DNA from: Candidatus Thorarchaeota archaeon
GTDB lineage: Archaea > Asgardarchaeota > Thorarchaeia > Thorarchaeales > Thorarchaeaceae
Length of the DNA: 64,000 nucleotides
Direction of reading: 5' to 3'
Assembly (NCBI GenBank): GCA_029858305.1
Contig: JAOUFI010000006.1
Span: 1-64,000 of the forward strand
Below are positions 27,795 to 37,922 of the stretch, piece after piece. Numbering within the stretch: position 1 is the first letter of the stretch; each line of letters starts with the position of its first letter. The translations under genes and the position numbers were made by a program. A model generated the notes under the pieces. The model was not told the DNA's origin and ran no database searches. It saw nothing but the letters and a program-made list of their open reading frames with translations.

Positions 27795-29300
27795 GTGTTG
27801 ATGGCGAAAGAATTGTCTGATTTGTTACCAACCTTTGTCAGAGAAAAGCTTCTCATGCGAATAACTCCAACAGAGGAAGAGATACGAATCCAAAAAGGAG
27901 TGATTGCTCAACTAACGGAGGTTCTAAGCAAACAAGCTGAAAAATGTGAATTTCCATATTCATTTATTGAAGCACAAGGTTCGACAGGTAAAAAACAGAC
28001 ACAATTGAGGGGAACATCAGATATTGACCTCTTCGTGGGGCTCAGACCAGAGGACTATCAAGATACACTGAGTAAAGGGAGAACGGATAGACACAAAGCC
28101 ATCGATTCACTCATGAATGAGTTGGTCGAAAAATGGTTTTACCCTGCTGTAATAAGTCTCAATGCAGAGAGGATTCAGAGGGCGTTTTCGCAGCATCCTT
28201 TTCTTAGTCTAAGAATGAGTGGAATGGAAGTAGATATCCTAGGTTGCTTTGATATTGATGCAGAAACTCTTTCGCATAAAGGACCAATCACAGCAGTAGA
28301 TAGAACTGTTCATCATTCTCGTTACGTGTCAGAACATTTGACTGAGAAGAAGAGAGAAGATGCTCGAATTCTCAAGTCATTTGTGAGAGCATGTCATGCG
28401 TATGGAGATACATGTGCAGTGGGGAGAATGGGACTCACTGGTGTATCTTTAGAATTAATAGTCATATCAACAAGAAATCTGGATAACGCCTTACAGTTTC
28501 TTCAGACTCTGGATATGAACCCTCTAGATCCATTAAATAGGACTTTAGAGGAATTGAGAAGAATCCCAGCTTTTCGAGACGATCATATTTTTTTAATCGA
28601 TCCAACAGATCCAAGTCGGAATGTTGCATCAAGCTTCACACCCAGAGCGTATCGATGGGTTCAATATAGAGCACTAAGACTCCGAGAATTGTTGGTAACA
28701 TCTAAAAATAAGGTCATCATCGACGAATTGATTGAAAAACCAATTCCCGAAGACGATTTACCAACATGGTTTGAACATCATTGTTTCGCATACGAATTCA
28801 AATCAGACGGAGAAACGCATTACACAATACTTCGGGATAAAATCCACAGATTAGCTCGTATGTTGCAGGTCCAGTTAACCATTGAACGAACAGGGGAGCC
28901 CCGGTTTGGTGAAATTCTCACAGAGGTGTATTTCAAGAACGATTTGTATGCTCTTGGACTGTTAATTGAGCAACCTGTGATCACACGAACTTACCTGCGT
29001 AAAGGTCCACCAAGCTATTTGGATGCTGCAGCAAAGGAATTCAGAGCTGCTCATCAGAATGTCATAGAAGTAGATGGATATCTTAGTGTTGAGGAAGAGA
29101 GAGAATGGACATATGCTTCAGCAATGATTGAGAAACTACTTCAAGAGAATCCTATCGAAGGTTTAACCTTGATCACTAACAAGAGCTCCTTGTCAAAACA
29201 GGTTCTAAATGTGCTATACAAGTATGTACTTCCAATAGAATCTGGGTTTAGAGAGAGAATAACAAGAGTTAAGCATACACAATCGAGATTTGACATGTGA
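27795..29300 (+). CDS. cca: Class I (archaeal) CCA-adding enzyme
   Basis: QGS...SDIDLFV, QHPF, TAVDRT.HH, LKSF, IDPTDPSRNVA, KGPP. Confidence 0.88.
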   Translation: MLMAKELSDLLPTFVREKLLMRITPTEEEIRIQKGVIAQLTEVLSKQAEKCEFPYSFIEAQGSTGKKQTQLRGTSDIDLFVGLRPEDYQDTLSKGRTDRHKAIDSLMNELVEKWFYPAVISLNAERIQRAFSQHPFLSLRMSGMEVDILGCFDIDAETLSHKGPITAVDRTVHHSRYVSEHLTEKKREDARILKSFVRACHAYGDTCAVGRMGLTGVSLELIVISTRNLDNALQFLQTLDMNPLDPLNRTLEELRRIPAFRDDHIFLIDPTDPSRNVASSFTPRAYRWVQYRALRLRELLVTSKNKVIIDELIEKPIPEDDLPTWFEHHCFAYEFKSDGETHYTILRDKIHRLARMLQVQLTIERTGEPRFGEILTEVYFKNDLYALGLLIEQPVITRTYLRKGPPSYLDAAAKEFRAAHQNVIEVDGYLSVEEEREWTYASAMIEKLLQENPIEGLTLITNKSSLSKQVLNVLYKYVLPIESGFRERITRVKHTQSRFDM

Positions 29301-30388
29301 TTGATGTGCCCGAGGATACTATTGCATTCATCTCCCACCCGAAGGCAATTATGCATCAGATGCCATTTCCAAAGCCGCATCTGGAGTCTTTTGAAAATCC
29401 ATTACGCTACCAGATTGCTGAAAGGTATTTAGAGAAGCGTGGGGCGTTAGATCGGACTATTCGGATTAAGGCTCCTAAGGCAACTGTGGATGATGTTTTA
29501 TTAGTTCACTCTCCATACCTTGTGGATACTGTTAGAATTCTCTCCGACATTGGCAGTGGTCAACTTGGCGAATCAGCATATGCAAGTCCCGATTTACTTC
29601 GCACAGCACTTCTTGCAACAGGTGGTGCGATGAAAGGAGTTGACATGGTTCTATCTGGAGAGGTTAAACACGCTTTCGTGTTCATGAGACCTCCAGGGCA
29701 TCATGCTACAACCTCGAATTCTATGGGCCTCTGCTATTTCAACAATATTGCCATCGCGACAAAACATGCCTTGAAAAATGATAGGATTAAGCGAGTATCG
29801 ATAATAGATTTTGATGACCACCATGGCAATGGCACATCAGAGATATTCTATGCAAATGCAGATGTTCAATACATTTCTTTTCACGAATATGATTATGAGA
29901 ACTTTGGACTTGGTCATTATGCAGAGATTGGACAGGGAGAAGGAAAAGGTACTAACGTAAATATTCCTCTTATTGAGGCATCACCCGATATCTCCTATGA
30001 TACAGCCATTAAACGTATTCTCGAACCTGCTTTGAAAGCTTTCAAACCTCAGCTTGTAATGGTTTCTGCGGGATATGATGCACACTATGCAGATCCGGTT
30101 GGGAATATGAGTGTAGATTCTAGAACGTACTGGAAATTTGGGGATTCGATTAACAAAATTGTCCATTCTCTAAATGCTGTAGGTTCGGTATGGGTTCTTG
30201 AGGGGGGCTATAATCCATTTGCGCTTGGCCCTTCAATCTTTGCAAGTCTTGAAGGGCTTGCAAGAAAACCAAAACCAGAGCTTGAAGATCAAGTAGAACG
30301 GGAGTTAAATGAACTCATTGTCGAATCCAACATCGAGGTAATCGACAAGGTATTGGAAACAGTCACACCATTCTGGTCCAAGAAGTGA
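29297..30388 (+). CDS. Zn-dependent histone deacetylase family protein
   Basis: RPPGHHA, GLCYFNN, DFDDHHGNGT, SAGYDAH, LEGGY. Confidence 0.93.
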   Translation: MIDVPEDTIAFISHPKAIMHQMPFPKPHLESFENPLRYQIAERYLEKRGALDRTIRIKAPKATVDDVLLVHSPYLVDTVRILSDIGSGQLGESAYASPDLLRTALLATGGAMKGVDMVLSGEVKHAFVFMRPPGHHATTSNSMGLCYFNNIAIATKHALKNDRIKRVSIIDFDDHHGNGTSEIFYANADVQYISFHEYDYENFGLGHYAEIGQGEGKGTNVNIPLIEASPDISYDTAIKRILEPALKAFKPQLVMVSAGYDAHYADPVGNMSVDSRTYWKFGDSINKIVHSLNAVGSVWVLEGGYNPFALGPSIFASLEGLARKPKPELEDQVERELNELIVESNIEVIDKVLETVTPFWSKK

Positions 30389-30466
30389 GGCAATAAACTG
30401 TGGCATGGACAATGTTTTAAGGCTATAAATTTGCGAGCGAATAATCAGTCAAGGTGGTTCTGAAAA

Positions 30467-30742
30467 GTGGGTAAGAAAAGAAAATCTGGCGGCCGAAGCA
30501 AAGGCAGTTCTGGTCATAGTGGAACTGTGCAGTGTTCAAGATGTGGTCGAGTCGTGCCAGCAGATAAGGCTAAGAAATACACTAAGAGAGTCTCTTCTGT
30601 TGAACCACAATTAGCTAGAGAATTGCGACAACAGGGAAGCTACATTCAGACACGACGCGTAACATCCTACTATTGTGTCAGCTGTGCAGTTCACGCAGGA
30701 AGAGTCAACATCAGAGCATCATCTGAGCGTAAATCCGTTTAA
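30467..30742 (+). CDS. rps26e: 30S ribosomal protein S26e (eS26)
   Basis: KKRKSGGRSKG...VQCSRCGRVVP.DKA...YCVSCAVH. Confidence 0.96.
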   Translation: MGKKRKSGGRSKGSSGHSGTVQCSRCGRVVPADKAKKYTKRVSSVEPQLARELRQQGSYIQTRRVTSYYCVSCAVHAGRVNIRASSERKSV

Positions 30743-30829
30743 CAGCAGCATGCTGAACTCACTATGAGCGCTCTCTTGAATTCCTCCGATGACAATTGCC
30801 TTTAATGCATAATCTAGAGGGTATACCTA

Positions 30830-31429
30830 ATGCCCGTTGAATCAAAATCCACCTTGTTAAGATTTATTCAGCTTTTGCCAGAGATTCCACCAACAGGAGA
30901 TTTCCTCCTTAAGGATCTTCCAGGAACAGGTAATCGTATCGATGTTCTGTGTCGTGATTTAGCGGCATGCTTTGATTGGGGTCCAACAAAATGGTCATAT
31001 TCCCAGTTGGAACTAGTTGCGATATTCAGTAACGAAGTTATCCTCACTTTCAACAAACCGTCAAACGATCTACCACTTGGAGAAATGGGATGGGCAAAGG
31101 ACATCAAGGAAGCCCTGCAAGGGAAACCTCCAGATTATATCAAAATCAGTAAGAATTCTTTAGAAACCATAATTAAGAGATTCAACAAGCCACCAAACTC
31201 CCAACTTTGGATTCTTCATGAGGAAGGAAAGCCATTCAGTGACTATAAAATACAGGTTTTCAAAACGCAGAACAGTTTTATGCTTGGAGATTATAGAGGC
31301 TTCGATTCCCAGACAGAAGAGCTCATATCCAAATATGATTTGAGAAGGATGTCACTAGGAAAAATAAGCTATCTTAGTAGTCATTGCGTGGTTTCAATTA
31401 TCTCAAAATTTGAAAGGATGGTCAAATAA
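30830..31429 (+). CDS. trmY: tRNA pseudouridine(54)-N1-methyltransferase (SPOUT), somewhat divergent
   Basis: DFLLKDLPGTGNRIDVLCR, LHEEG, FMLGDYRG, SLGKISYLSSHC. Confidence 0.75.
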   Translation: MPVESKSTLLRFIQLLPEIPPTGDFLLKDLPGTGNRIDVLCRDLAACFDWGPTKWSYSQLELVAIFSNEVILTFNKPSNDLPLGEMGWAKDIKEALQGKPPDYIKISKNSLETIIKRFNKPPNSQLWILHEEGKPFSDYKIQVFKTQNSFMLGDYRGFDSQTEELISKYDLRRMSLGKISYLSSHCVVSIISKFERMVK

Positions 31430-31785
31430 TGCCCGAGGGAGAGCAAACAAGTGATGAAAATAAGTCTAAAGCCATTAACAGACTTGTAAGCAAACTTACA
31501 AAAGAAATGCTGTGGATGTACATATTACGACTCCTGCAGGAACGACCTCATTATGGATATGAAATCAAGCAATTGATACGTGAACGATTTGGTTTCTCTC
31601 CAGCAACTGTAAGTGGTTATGCAATAATCTATCGCCTTATCAATGATGGACTTATTGAGGAACAACGTCCTGATGACTCCCCAAGGAAGTACTATGCAAT
31701 TACAGCAAAAGGGAGTGCCGCGATGTCTGATGCCAAGGCATTCCTATCAAGTACTCTCGCCAAAGTTTTTGATCAAACCGATTAA
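31429..31785 (+). CDS. PadR family regulator
   Basis: LWMYILRLLQERPHYGYEI...Y..IYRL..DGLI...RKYYAIT.KG. Confidence 0.92.
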   Translation: MPEGEQTSDENKSKAINRLVSKLTKEMLWMYILRLLQERPHYGYEIKQLIRERFGFSPATVSGYAIIYRLINDGLIEEQRPDDSPRKYYAITAKGSAAMSDAKAFLSSTLAKVFDQTD

Positions 31786-31792
31786 AAGATAC

Positions 31793-32716
31793 TTAACGTG
31801 TTTCTGAATCATGAGCTATTTGCGCAGCCCTTCGTTCCACATCAGAACGTATCAAATTGAAATCAAGTCCTGTTCTTTCAACCTTCTCACTAGCTACTGC
31901 AGCTCCTAAAGCCGCGCAATTAACAATGCTTCTCTCCTCTAGTAAACCAAGAGCAAATCCAGCTAGAAAAGAAGCTCCTGCACAGAATGCATCTTTTGCT
32001 TGAGTTGGAAATGCGGGAACGATTGTGAACATGTTTCCATCATATATCAAACTACCTTTCTCTCCTAAGGTGATGATACAACTTTCTGCTAATGACTCAA
32101 CAAGTAGCTCGGCAGCGAGAAACATATCCTCTTCTCCGGTAATTAAGAGAGCCTCGCGTTCATTAGGTTTGATAAAATCCAGAAATGAGCGTGTTTTTTC
32201 GATGACTTGTAGTTCGGATACGACTGCGAGCTTCCCCTCTGAATTGATATCTCGCAGTTGAGGGTCAAGGAGGATAGTTGCATCAGATGAATTACATATC
32301 CATTCAATAAGTTCTGCGCTAATTTCTTGCAAAAGCGGGCTAAGAATAATGATCTGTGAAGATAGAAATTCATCGGGTATATCACGAATACCGATTGTTT
32401 TGGGTACACCCAACACCGAAATATAGTCAGGTTCAATACCCCCATTATAATTGAGTTCAAATCCACCTGTATCTAGCGAGTTTATTGGATAGTATTCAGG
32501 GATACCTAGCTTGTCGAGATAGATAGCATATTGATCCAGGTATTGAGAACTGATTGGACCTACGATTGCCATATTTTCGATTCCCAATTGAACTGCGCAT
32601 CGTGCACTAAATATAGCTGGACCAGACAACTGGCGACCATTATTTGATGATGGTCTTACAAATCTATCATATGAGGGACTACCTATCACAACAAGATCAT
32701 ACATTAAATCATTCAC
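31793..32716 (-). CDS. PfkB/ribokinase-fold protein with degenerate catalytic motif
   Basis: LDPQ, IKPNEREA, ITLGEKGS, DAFCAGASFLAGF (canonical DxxGAGD). Confidence 0.8.
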   Translation of the reverse strand: MNDLMYDLVVIGSPSYDRFVRPSSNNGRQLSGPAIFSARCAVQLGIENMAIVGPISSQYLDQYAIYLDKLGIPEYYPINSLDTGGFELNYNGGIEPDYISVLGVPKTIGIRDIPDEFLSSQIIILSPLLQEISAELIEWICNSSDATILLDPQLRDINSEGKLAVVSELQVIEKTRSFLDFIKPNEREALLITGEEDMFLAAELLVESLAESCIITLGEKGSLIYDGNMFTIVPAFPTQAKDAFCAGASFLAGFALGLLEERSIVNCAALGAAVASEKVERTGLDFNLIRSDVERRAAQIAHDSETR

Positions 32717-33440
32717 CTAACTCCGAGGCAAGAATCACTTTACGAGCATAGAGCAATCGTTGGACTACTGTGATATGCGATAGAATACCAACTATCACGA
32801 TACAGAGAGTGAGGATATTTGTGATGTCCAGTGAAATAAAGAAAGCTAATAGTCCAGGTAAAGGTGTTAATAGATCAATCCAAATGTTTGATGTAGGTAT
32901 TGCGAGGAGAAGGATACCTGCAATCTGCAATAGCAATTTCTCTTGCCGCTCTGCTATTCCCACGGTACAGCTCTCCATCCCACCAACAGACTCAGCTTTT
33001 GCTCGAGTGAAACTTGCCATTATCATACCGAAAAGTGCAAAGAATCCCCAGAACCAAGGTATGAATGTATCACCAGCAACCCACCATGAAAGTGTAAATG
33101 GAGCCCAAGGAAGAAGCACTGCATTCAACGGCCCCATCATGAGACCAAGCATGAAGAGATATTCTGCATATCTATCAAGAGTATGGTCGAAAGTAGCTCC
33201 AAACTTTGAGGATAGATTTGCAGCACGTGCAACAGCCCCATCGAACATGTCCATTACCACGGTCAGAATCATAACGAGTAGGCCTGTTATGATCTCACCA
33301 ATAATAAAGAACCAAGCACTAACTAATGCAACTAGCAGCGTCAGTCCTGTAATCATATTTGGTGTAATCCCTGTTTTGGCAAGTACCCTGCCAACAGGCA
33401 TCATAGCACGTTGATATCGCTCTCGAAGACTTCCAAGCAT
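32709..33440 (-). CDS. CDP-alcohol phosphatidyltransferase, probable archaetidylinositol-phosphate synthase
   Basis: ITPNMIT, DMFDGAVARA...SKFGATFDHTLDRYAE, SFTRAKAES, GIAERQE. Confidence 0.85.
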   Translation of the reverse strand: MLGSLRERYQRAMMPVGRVLAKTGITPNMITGLTLLVALVSAWFFIIGEIITGLLVMILTVVMDMFDGAVARAANLSSKFGATFDHTLDRYAEYLFMLGLMMGPLNAVLLPWAPFTLSWWVAGDTFIPWFWGFFALFGMIMASFTRAKAESVGGMESCTVGIAERQEKLLLQIAGILLLAIPTSNIWIDLLTPLPGLLAFFISLDITNILTLCIVIVGILSHITVVQRLLYARKVILASELGE

Positions 33441-33512
33441 AGGTATCACGATTCCAAGCTGTGGTCAGACGGCGGCCAAAGTTGTGATGCTAATAAACGT
33501 GTTGTGGAATGT

Positions 33513-35180
33513 TCATAACACGCTTTTAATGCGTTCAAGAACCCAATCATTCCCTAGAAGGTTCAAAAAGGGTCCTAGTCTAGGTCCAGAATTCTTCGAG
33601 AGAAGAATTCTATAGAGTATTAGAAACGCTCGTTTAGGTTTGATGCCGATATCCTTAGCTGTATTGAATATTGATGCCTGCATATCATCATCATCTAATG
33701 GCTCGCGTTGGATAGTTTCCACAAATCTAGATAAGAAGCGTCTATCATCTTTGCTCATCGTAGAAACAACATCTTTTGGCACAACATCAGGAACTTCGAT
33801 AATATCTTGCTCACTACCATATTCTCGGGCCCAATTATAGGCTCTTGAAAGCCGTGTGGGTATCAGGGACTTAGCTTTCGGGGGTACATCAGATAGGTTG
33901 TGCTGTTTTTTCAGAACATTATAACAACGCTCCAGAATCATTTCTTCACTTAAGATACCCTTAAGCTGAGATGTTAGAACCGCGAACTTGAAGGACAGTT
34001 TTGGAACAAATTCATCACAAACCGGTTGCACCTCTGTCAAAGGATAGAGTATCTTAGCCAATTCCTGTTTCTCACTATCAACTTCCTCAGGCCTATAGAA
34101 TGTCTGCTCAAAGGATTCGTAAATGTCGACCAAATCGGGGATTAGGTCTGTCTGTATATTATTTGCTTTTTCAGGGTCAATTCTAAGGATCATGTACCTA
34201 AACAACTCGGGTGGAGCAATATTCAGCCAAGATTTGGGAGTAAAGACAAAGCCTCTCGATGTACCCATGTCTTTTCCTCCGAGTCGTACCCATTCAAAGG
34301 GAACCTTTACTGGTCCAGACCAACCAAATACACGTTGAGATATCTCTAGGCCGGTATCATAAGAACCACCTTTCACGGCATGGTCTTTACCAGCTGGTTC
34401 ACAGGTTGTGTTCATTACATACCATTTTGCAGGCCAATCCACTCGCCATGATAATTTCAACCGGAGATTATCGAGTTTTGTAGTGTCAGAATGTCCACAG
34501 TGAGCACACTTGAAAGATACTTCATCAGTTTCTTGATTATATGATGTCACTCGATTGGGAACTATTGAGCCCTTTCCGCCAGATTGAAGTCGACCGCATT
34601 CAGGACATACTACTGATGCCGGATACCAGGATTTCATCGACTCGATGTATTCAGTCCTCTGATTCAGGTCAAAATCCCGTGCAACAAACTCAATCAATAT
34701 CTCTCTGATAGTCTCTGTATGCCTTAGGCAGATACGAACAGCGTTAAGCATCTCTTTTGTCTTGTATAGTTTTGACTGTAGCACGACTTCAGGATCTGCA
34801 CCAAATTCCGGAAATGATTCTACAAGCTCATTTGTCCAGTGGGCGCCCAGACTTTCACAACAACCATATGGATCAGGGGCATCAGAATATGGTACTCCCA
34901 TGTATTCTTCAGGGGATAAAGTGAGACTTGGGGGAAATGAGCGAATCGGATCATAATCATCTGAGATGAACACTGTCTTCGCTCTTTTGCCGTGTTTCTG
35001 AAGTTCTCGCTTAATGACATCTGCAATGATAATCTCCTTCATGAATCCAACATGTACACTACCACTCATACTCTTGCCTGTTACAATTGTGTACTGATCT
35101 GGATCTCGTTCTAATACTTCATCGACTATATCTTTAATCCAGTGAATTGAGAATTCATCTTGAGTTTCTTCAGGCGTCAC
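33513..35180 (-). CDS. lysS: Class I lysyl-tRNA synthetase
   Basis: SGSVHVG, DDYD, KLSWRVDWPAKW, EPAGKDH, MGTSRG, GPRLGPF. Confidence 0.95.
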   Translation of the reverse strand: MTPEETQDEFSIHWIKDIVDEVLERDPDQYTIVTGKSMSGSVHVGFMKEIIIADVIKRELQKHGKRAKTVFISDDYDPIRSFPPSLTLSPEEYMGVPYSDAPDPYGCCESLGAHWTNELVESFPEFGADPEVVLQSKLYKTKEMLNAVRICLRHTETIREILIEFVARDFDLNQRTEYIESMKSWYPASVVCPECGRLQSGGKGSIVPNRVTSYNQETDEVSFKCAHCGHSDTTKLDNLRLKLSWRVDWPAKWYVMNTTCEPAGKDHAVKGGSYDTGLEISQRVFGWSGPVKVPFEWVRLGGKDMGTSRGFVFTPKSWLNIAPPELFRYMILRIDPEKANNIQTDLIPDLVDIYESFEQTFYRPEEVDSEKQELAKILYPLTEVQPVCDEFVPKLSFKFAVLTSQLKGILSEEMILERCYNVLKKQHNLSDVPPKAKSLIPTRLSRAYNWAREYGSEQDIIEVPDVVPKDVVSTMSKDDRRFLSRFVETIQREPLDDDDMQASIFNTAKDIGIKPKRAFLILYRILLSKNSGPRLGPFLNLLGNDWVLERIKSVL

Positions 35181-35227
35181 TAAACAAGCCTCAGGAGTAT
35201 CTAAGGCAATGGTCTAAAGAATATTAC

Positions 35228-37081
35228 TCAAGATGAGAATTCTGACACAGTAAGGTCGCTTCGTCTCATGAAGAAGAGATAGACAGGTATAGAGGATAGC
35301 ACAATCACTGCAAGTATTGCTACAAAGAGTGATAGGATAGAAACTGGGAGATATGATAGGGTTGGAACTGCTGCTTCAGGTATAAGTGAATATACACTCA
35401 GAAACGTCCCAATAACTAATGCAGGGATTCCTGCTCGCACTCCGACATCTAAGCCCTCTGCAATCATCATTTTAGCGATGAATGAGGGTTTTGCACCAAT
35501 GGATTGCATGATGATATAATCTCTCAATCGCCCAAATATCGACACTAACAAGTAATTCATGAGAGCGAGAAATGAACTAACCAAAGCCATTAGAGCTAGC
35601 GGATTCAGGAGAATCCATATTGAGTGGATAGCTAGCATATTCTCATCAAGTACTTCCTGCTGCCTATAGATGCTCAATCCATAATTTTGAGCAAGAGATT
35701 CAATTTGATCAATCACAGAGTCAACATATGAATCAATCTGCACTAGCAGGAGGTTATAGCCAGCTAAGCCATAATAATCCTGAAGAGTGGTCAGATCCAT
35801 AATAGCCATATTACCTCCATTTAGGGTATCAAATGCCAAAGCCTGTATATCTAAAGATCTTCCAGCTACCCTCAGCGATTGGACAAGAGGATCATCAAAT
35901 AGCTCTTGAGCTATTGTACCGCCTATCCAGACCTGTTGGGAACTATTGACTCTTGTTCCTTCATAATACCAATTAGAGAGGGTCGATTGCCAATTAACAC
36001 CAACAAGTACAGCAGAGCCATCTCTCTCTTGGCCAATAATCTCGTATTGCTGAAGTTCTTCGTTCCAGACTATTCCTTGCCCCTCCTCGACATCATCATA
36101 AATGACTAGTCGCGATTCCATTGCTACAATTCCTGAAACACTTTGAAGGTCAGTAACAAGAGATTCGTTTATCATATCTGTTGGTTCAATGAAACTGAAA
36201 GAGTCATTGAGAGATGAACCATAGAAAGAATATGCGTCATAATATTGACCAAGCATATCGGTATTCCCTACTGCGATAATATTAGTACCCATAGAACGCA
36301 TCATATATGACTGAGATGTTGTTTCAACAACTCCACCGCCTATCCAGAGAAGAGACGCAATAGAAAAACTCAGGAAGAGAGAGAGAATTGTTCTCCTTGT
36401 TCCTTTTAACCGACGACCCGTACCTTTAGAAGCGATTTGGAAAGCAAGCCCAAATCCATCTAGAAACCCCGACTTTCGGACACGCATGCCCACATCGGGA
36501 TTCAGCGTGATAGATGGGGATTCTTGTACAGTATCATAGATAGGCTTCTGTGCTGAGAAATAACCAGCGATAATGTAAATGATTGCAAGGAGAGCAAGCT
36601 GAAGCCATGGGAATTCCAAGGAAAATTGAATTCCTGGCATGATTCCTGCGAGCCAAATCATTGCTATAATGTATAAAACAGTACCAAAAGCCAATCCAAT
36701 GGCAATACTTGCTAAAAGGACAATTACCGATTGTGCCATGAAGAAATCAAAGATGGAATCCATGAGTGTACCCATAGCTTTCATGAGTCCAATGTCACGA
36801 CGTCGTGTCACCATTTCAAGGGAAAGCGTAGTGGAAACTACAACAGCTCCCATTACAAAGACAAGTAGTAGAATGGACCAGATAAAGGTCGAGAAGAACA
36901 AACCCATGGATGTTGATAGAGCTCTAGCTAACGAGTATGTTGACACATCGAGAAGAACATTTCCAAAGAGGAAGATGAAGGTTGTCGCTGTCACAGAGCT
37001 GCTAAGAGATATTAGAACAAGAGCACCTCTGAAGGGTCTTCGTTTCAAGTCCTTTGATGCAAATCCTTGAAACTCAGACAT
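35228..37081 (-). CDS. Double FtsX-like ABC permease
   Basis: RRRDIGLMKAMG and RLRDYIIMQSIGA; extracytoplasmic domain. Confidence 0.85.
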   Translation of the reverse strand: MSEFQGFASKDLKRRPFRGALVLISLSSSVTATTFIFLFGNVLLDVSTYSLARALSTSMGLFFSTFIWSILLLVFVMGAVVVSTTLSLEMVTRRRDIGLMKAMGTLMDSIFDFFMAQSVIVLLASIAIGLAFGTVLYIIAMIWLAGIMPGIQFSLEFPWLQLALLAIIYIIAGYFSAQKPIYDTVQESPSITLNPDVGMRVRKSGFLDGFGLAFQIASKGTGRRLKGTRRTILSLFLSFSIASLLWIGGGVVETTSQSYMMRSMGTNIIAVGNTDMLGQYYDAYSFYGSSLNDSFSFIEPTDMINESLVTDLQSVSGIVAMESRLVIYDDVEEGQGIVWNEELQQYEIIGQERDGSAVLVGVNWQSTLSNWYYEGTRVNSSQQVWIGGTIAQELFDDPLVQSLRVAGRSLDIQALAFDTLNGGNMAIMDLTTLQDYYGLAGYNLLLVQIDSYVDSVIDQIESLAQNYGLSIYRQQEVLDENMLAIHSIWILLNPLALMALVSSFLALMNYLLVSIFGRLRDYIIMQSIGAKPSFIAKMMIAEGLDVGVRAGIPALVIGTFLSVYSLIPEAAVPTLSYLPVSILSLFVAILAVIVLSSIPVYLFFMRRSDLTVSEFSS

Positions 37082-37826
37082 CTTCTTGTAACGCTCCTGA
37101 CTCCATTCTGAAGCGACGGCATCCAGATTGATTGATTATTCGTTCATCGTGAGTCATCACTATGACCGCTTTTCCTTCCTTGTTCAATTCAAGAAGAAGA
37201 TCCCTTATCATCTGGCCGCTTTCTCCATCTAGATTCGCTGTTGGTTCATCAGCAAGAATTATCGGAGGGTCGTTTGCCATAGCTCTGGCAATTGCAACTC
37301 TCTGCTGTTCCCCAGAACTCAATTGCCACGGCAGATGATCTGCTCGATGCTCCATTTCAACGCGTTCAAGAAGCTTCATTGCTTCGTCTTGAAGTGACTT
37401 GAGACTCTTCGAGGAGAGCTGCATCGGAAATAAGACATTCTCCAGTGCTGTTAGTGTCGATACTAGATTGTAGCTCTGGAAGATAAATCCCGTGTTGCTT
37501 AATCTGAATGAGGACCTGAAGGTTTCATCATAATCATTGATTGGCACATCCATTACAAATAGGCGACCAGATGTTACAAGATCAATGGCTCCAATTATGT
37601 TGAGTAAGGTGGTCTTACCAGATCCTGAACGACCAGAGATTACGATGAGCTCCCCTTGTCGAACCTCCAGATTTACGTTCTTTAGTGCCTCTATTTCCTT
37701 TTTCCCAGTCTTATACACTCTTGAAACATCCACTAGTTTCACAGCATACTTGACTCGTTCAAAGTCATCATCACCGACTTCATCCTTTGTATAATCAATC
37801 GCATCAAGATAATCATGATCAGCCAT
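37074..37826 (-). CDS. ABC ATPase (LolD/MacB type)
   Basis: [27 protein letters not shown]. Confidence 0.95.
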   Translation of the reverse strand: MADHDYLDAIDYTKDEVGDDDFERVKYAVKLVDVSRVYKTGKKEIEALKNVNLEVRQGELIVISGRSGSGKTTLLNIIGAIDLVTSGRLFVMDVPINDYDETFRSSFRLSNTGFIFQSYNLVSTLTALENVLFPMQLSSKSLKSLQDEAMKLLERVEMEHRADHLPWQLSSGEQQRVAIARAMANDPPIILADEPTANLDGESGQMIRDLLLELNKEGKAVIVMTHDERIINQSGCRRFRMESGALQEDV

Positions 37827-37922
37827 TGGTAGGTCACCTAATCATCAATCTTTCAACAACTATCTACTGTTGAATTGAGACGGCCATCTTCGAGTTCCTA
37901 GATAAGTATAGAGTTTGTGCCG

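Noticed and set aside
32770-33414. 214-aa + strand ORF (likewise 21370..21906 and 36639..37070)
   Set aside because: Fully antisense to well-supported genes; no motifs
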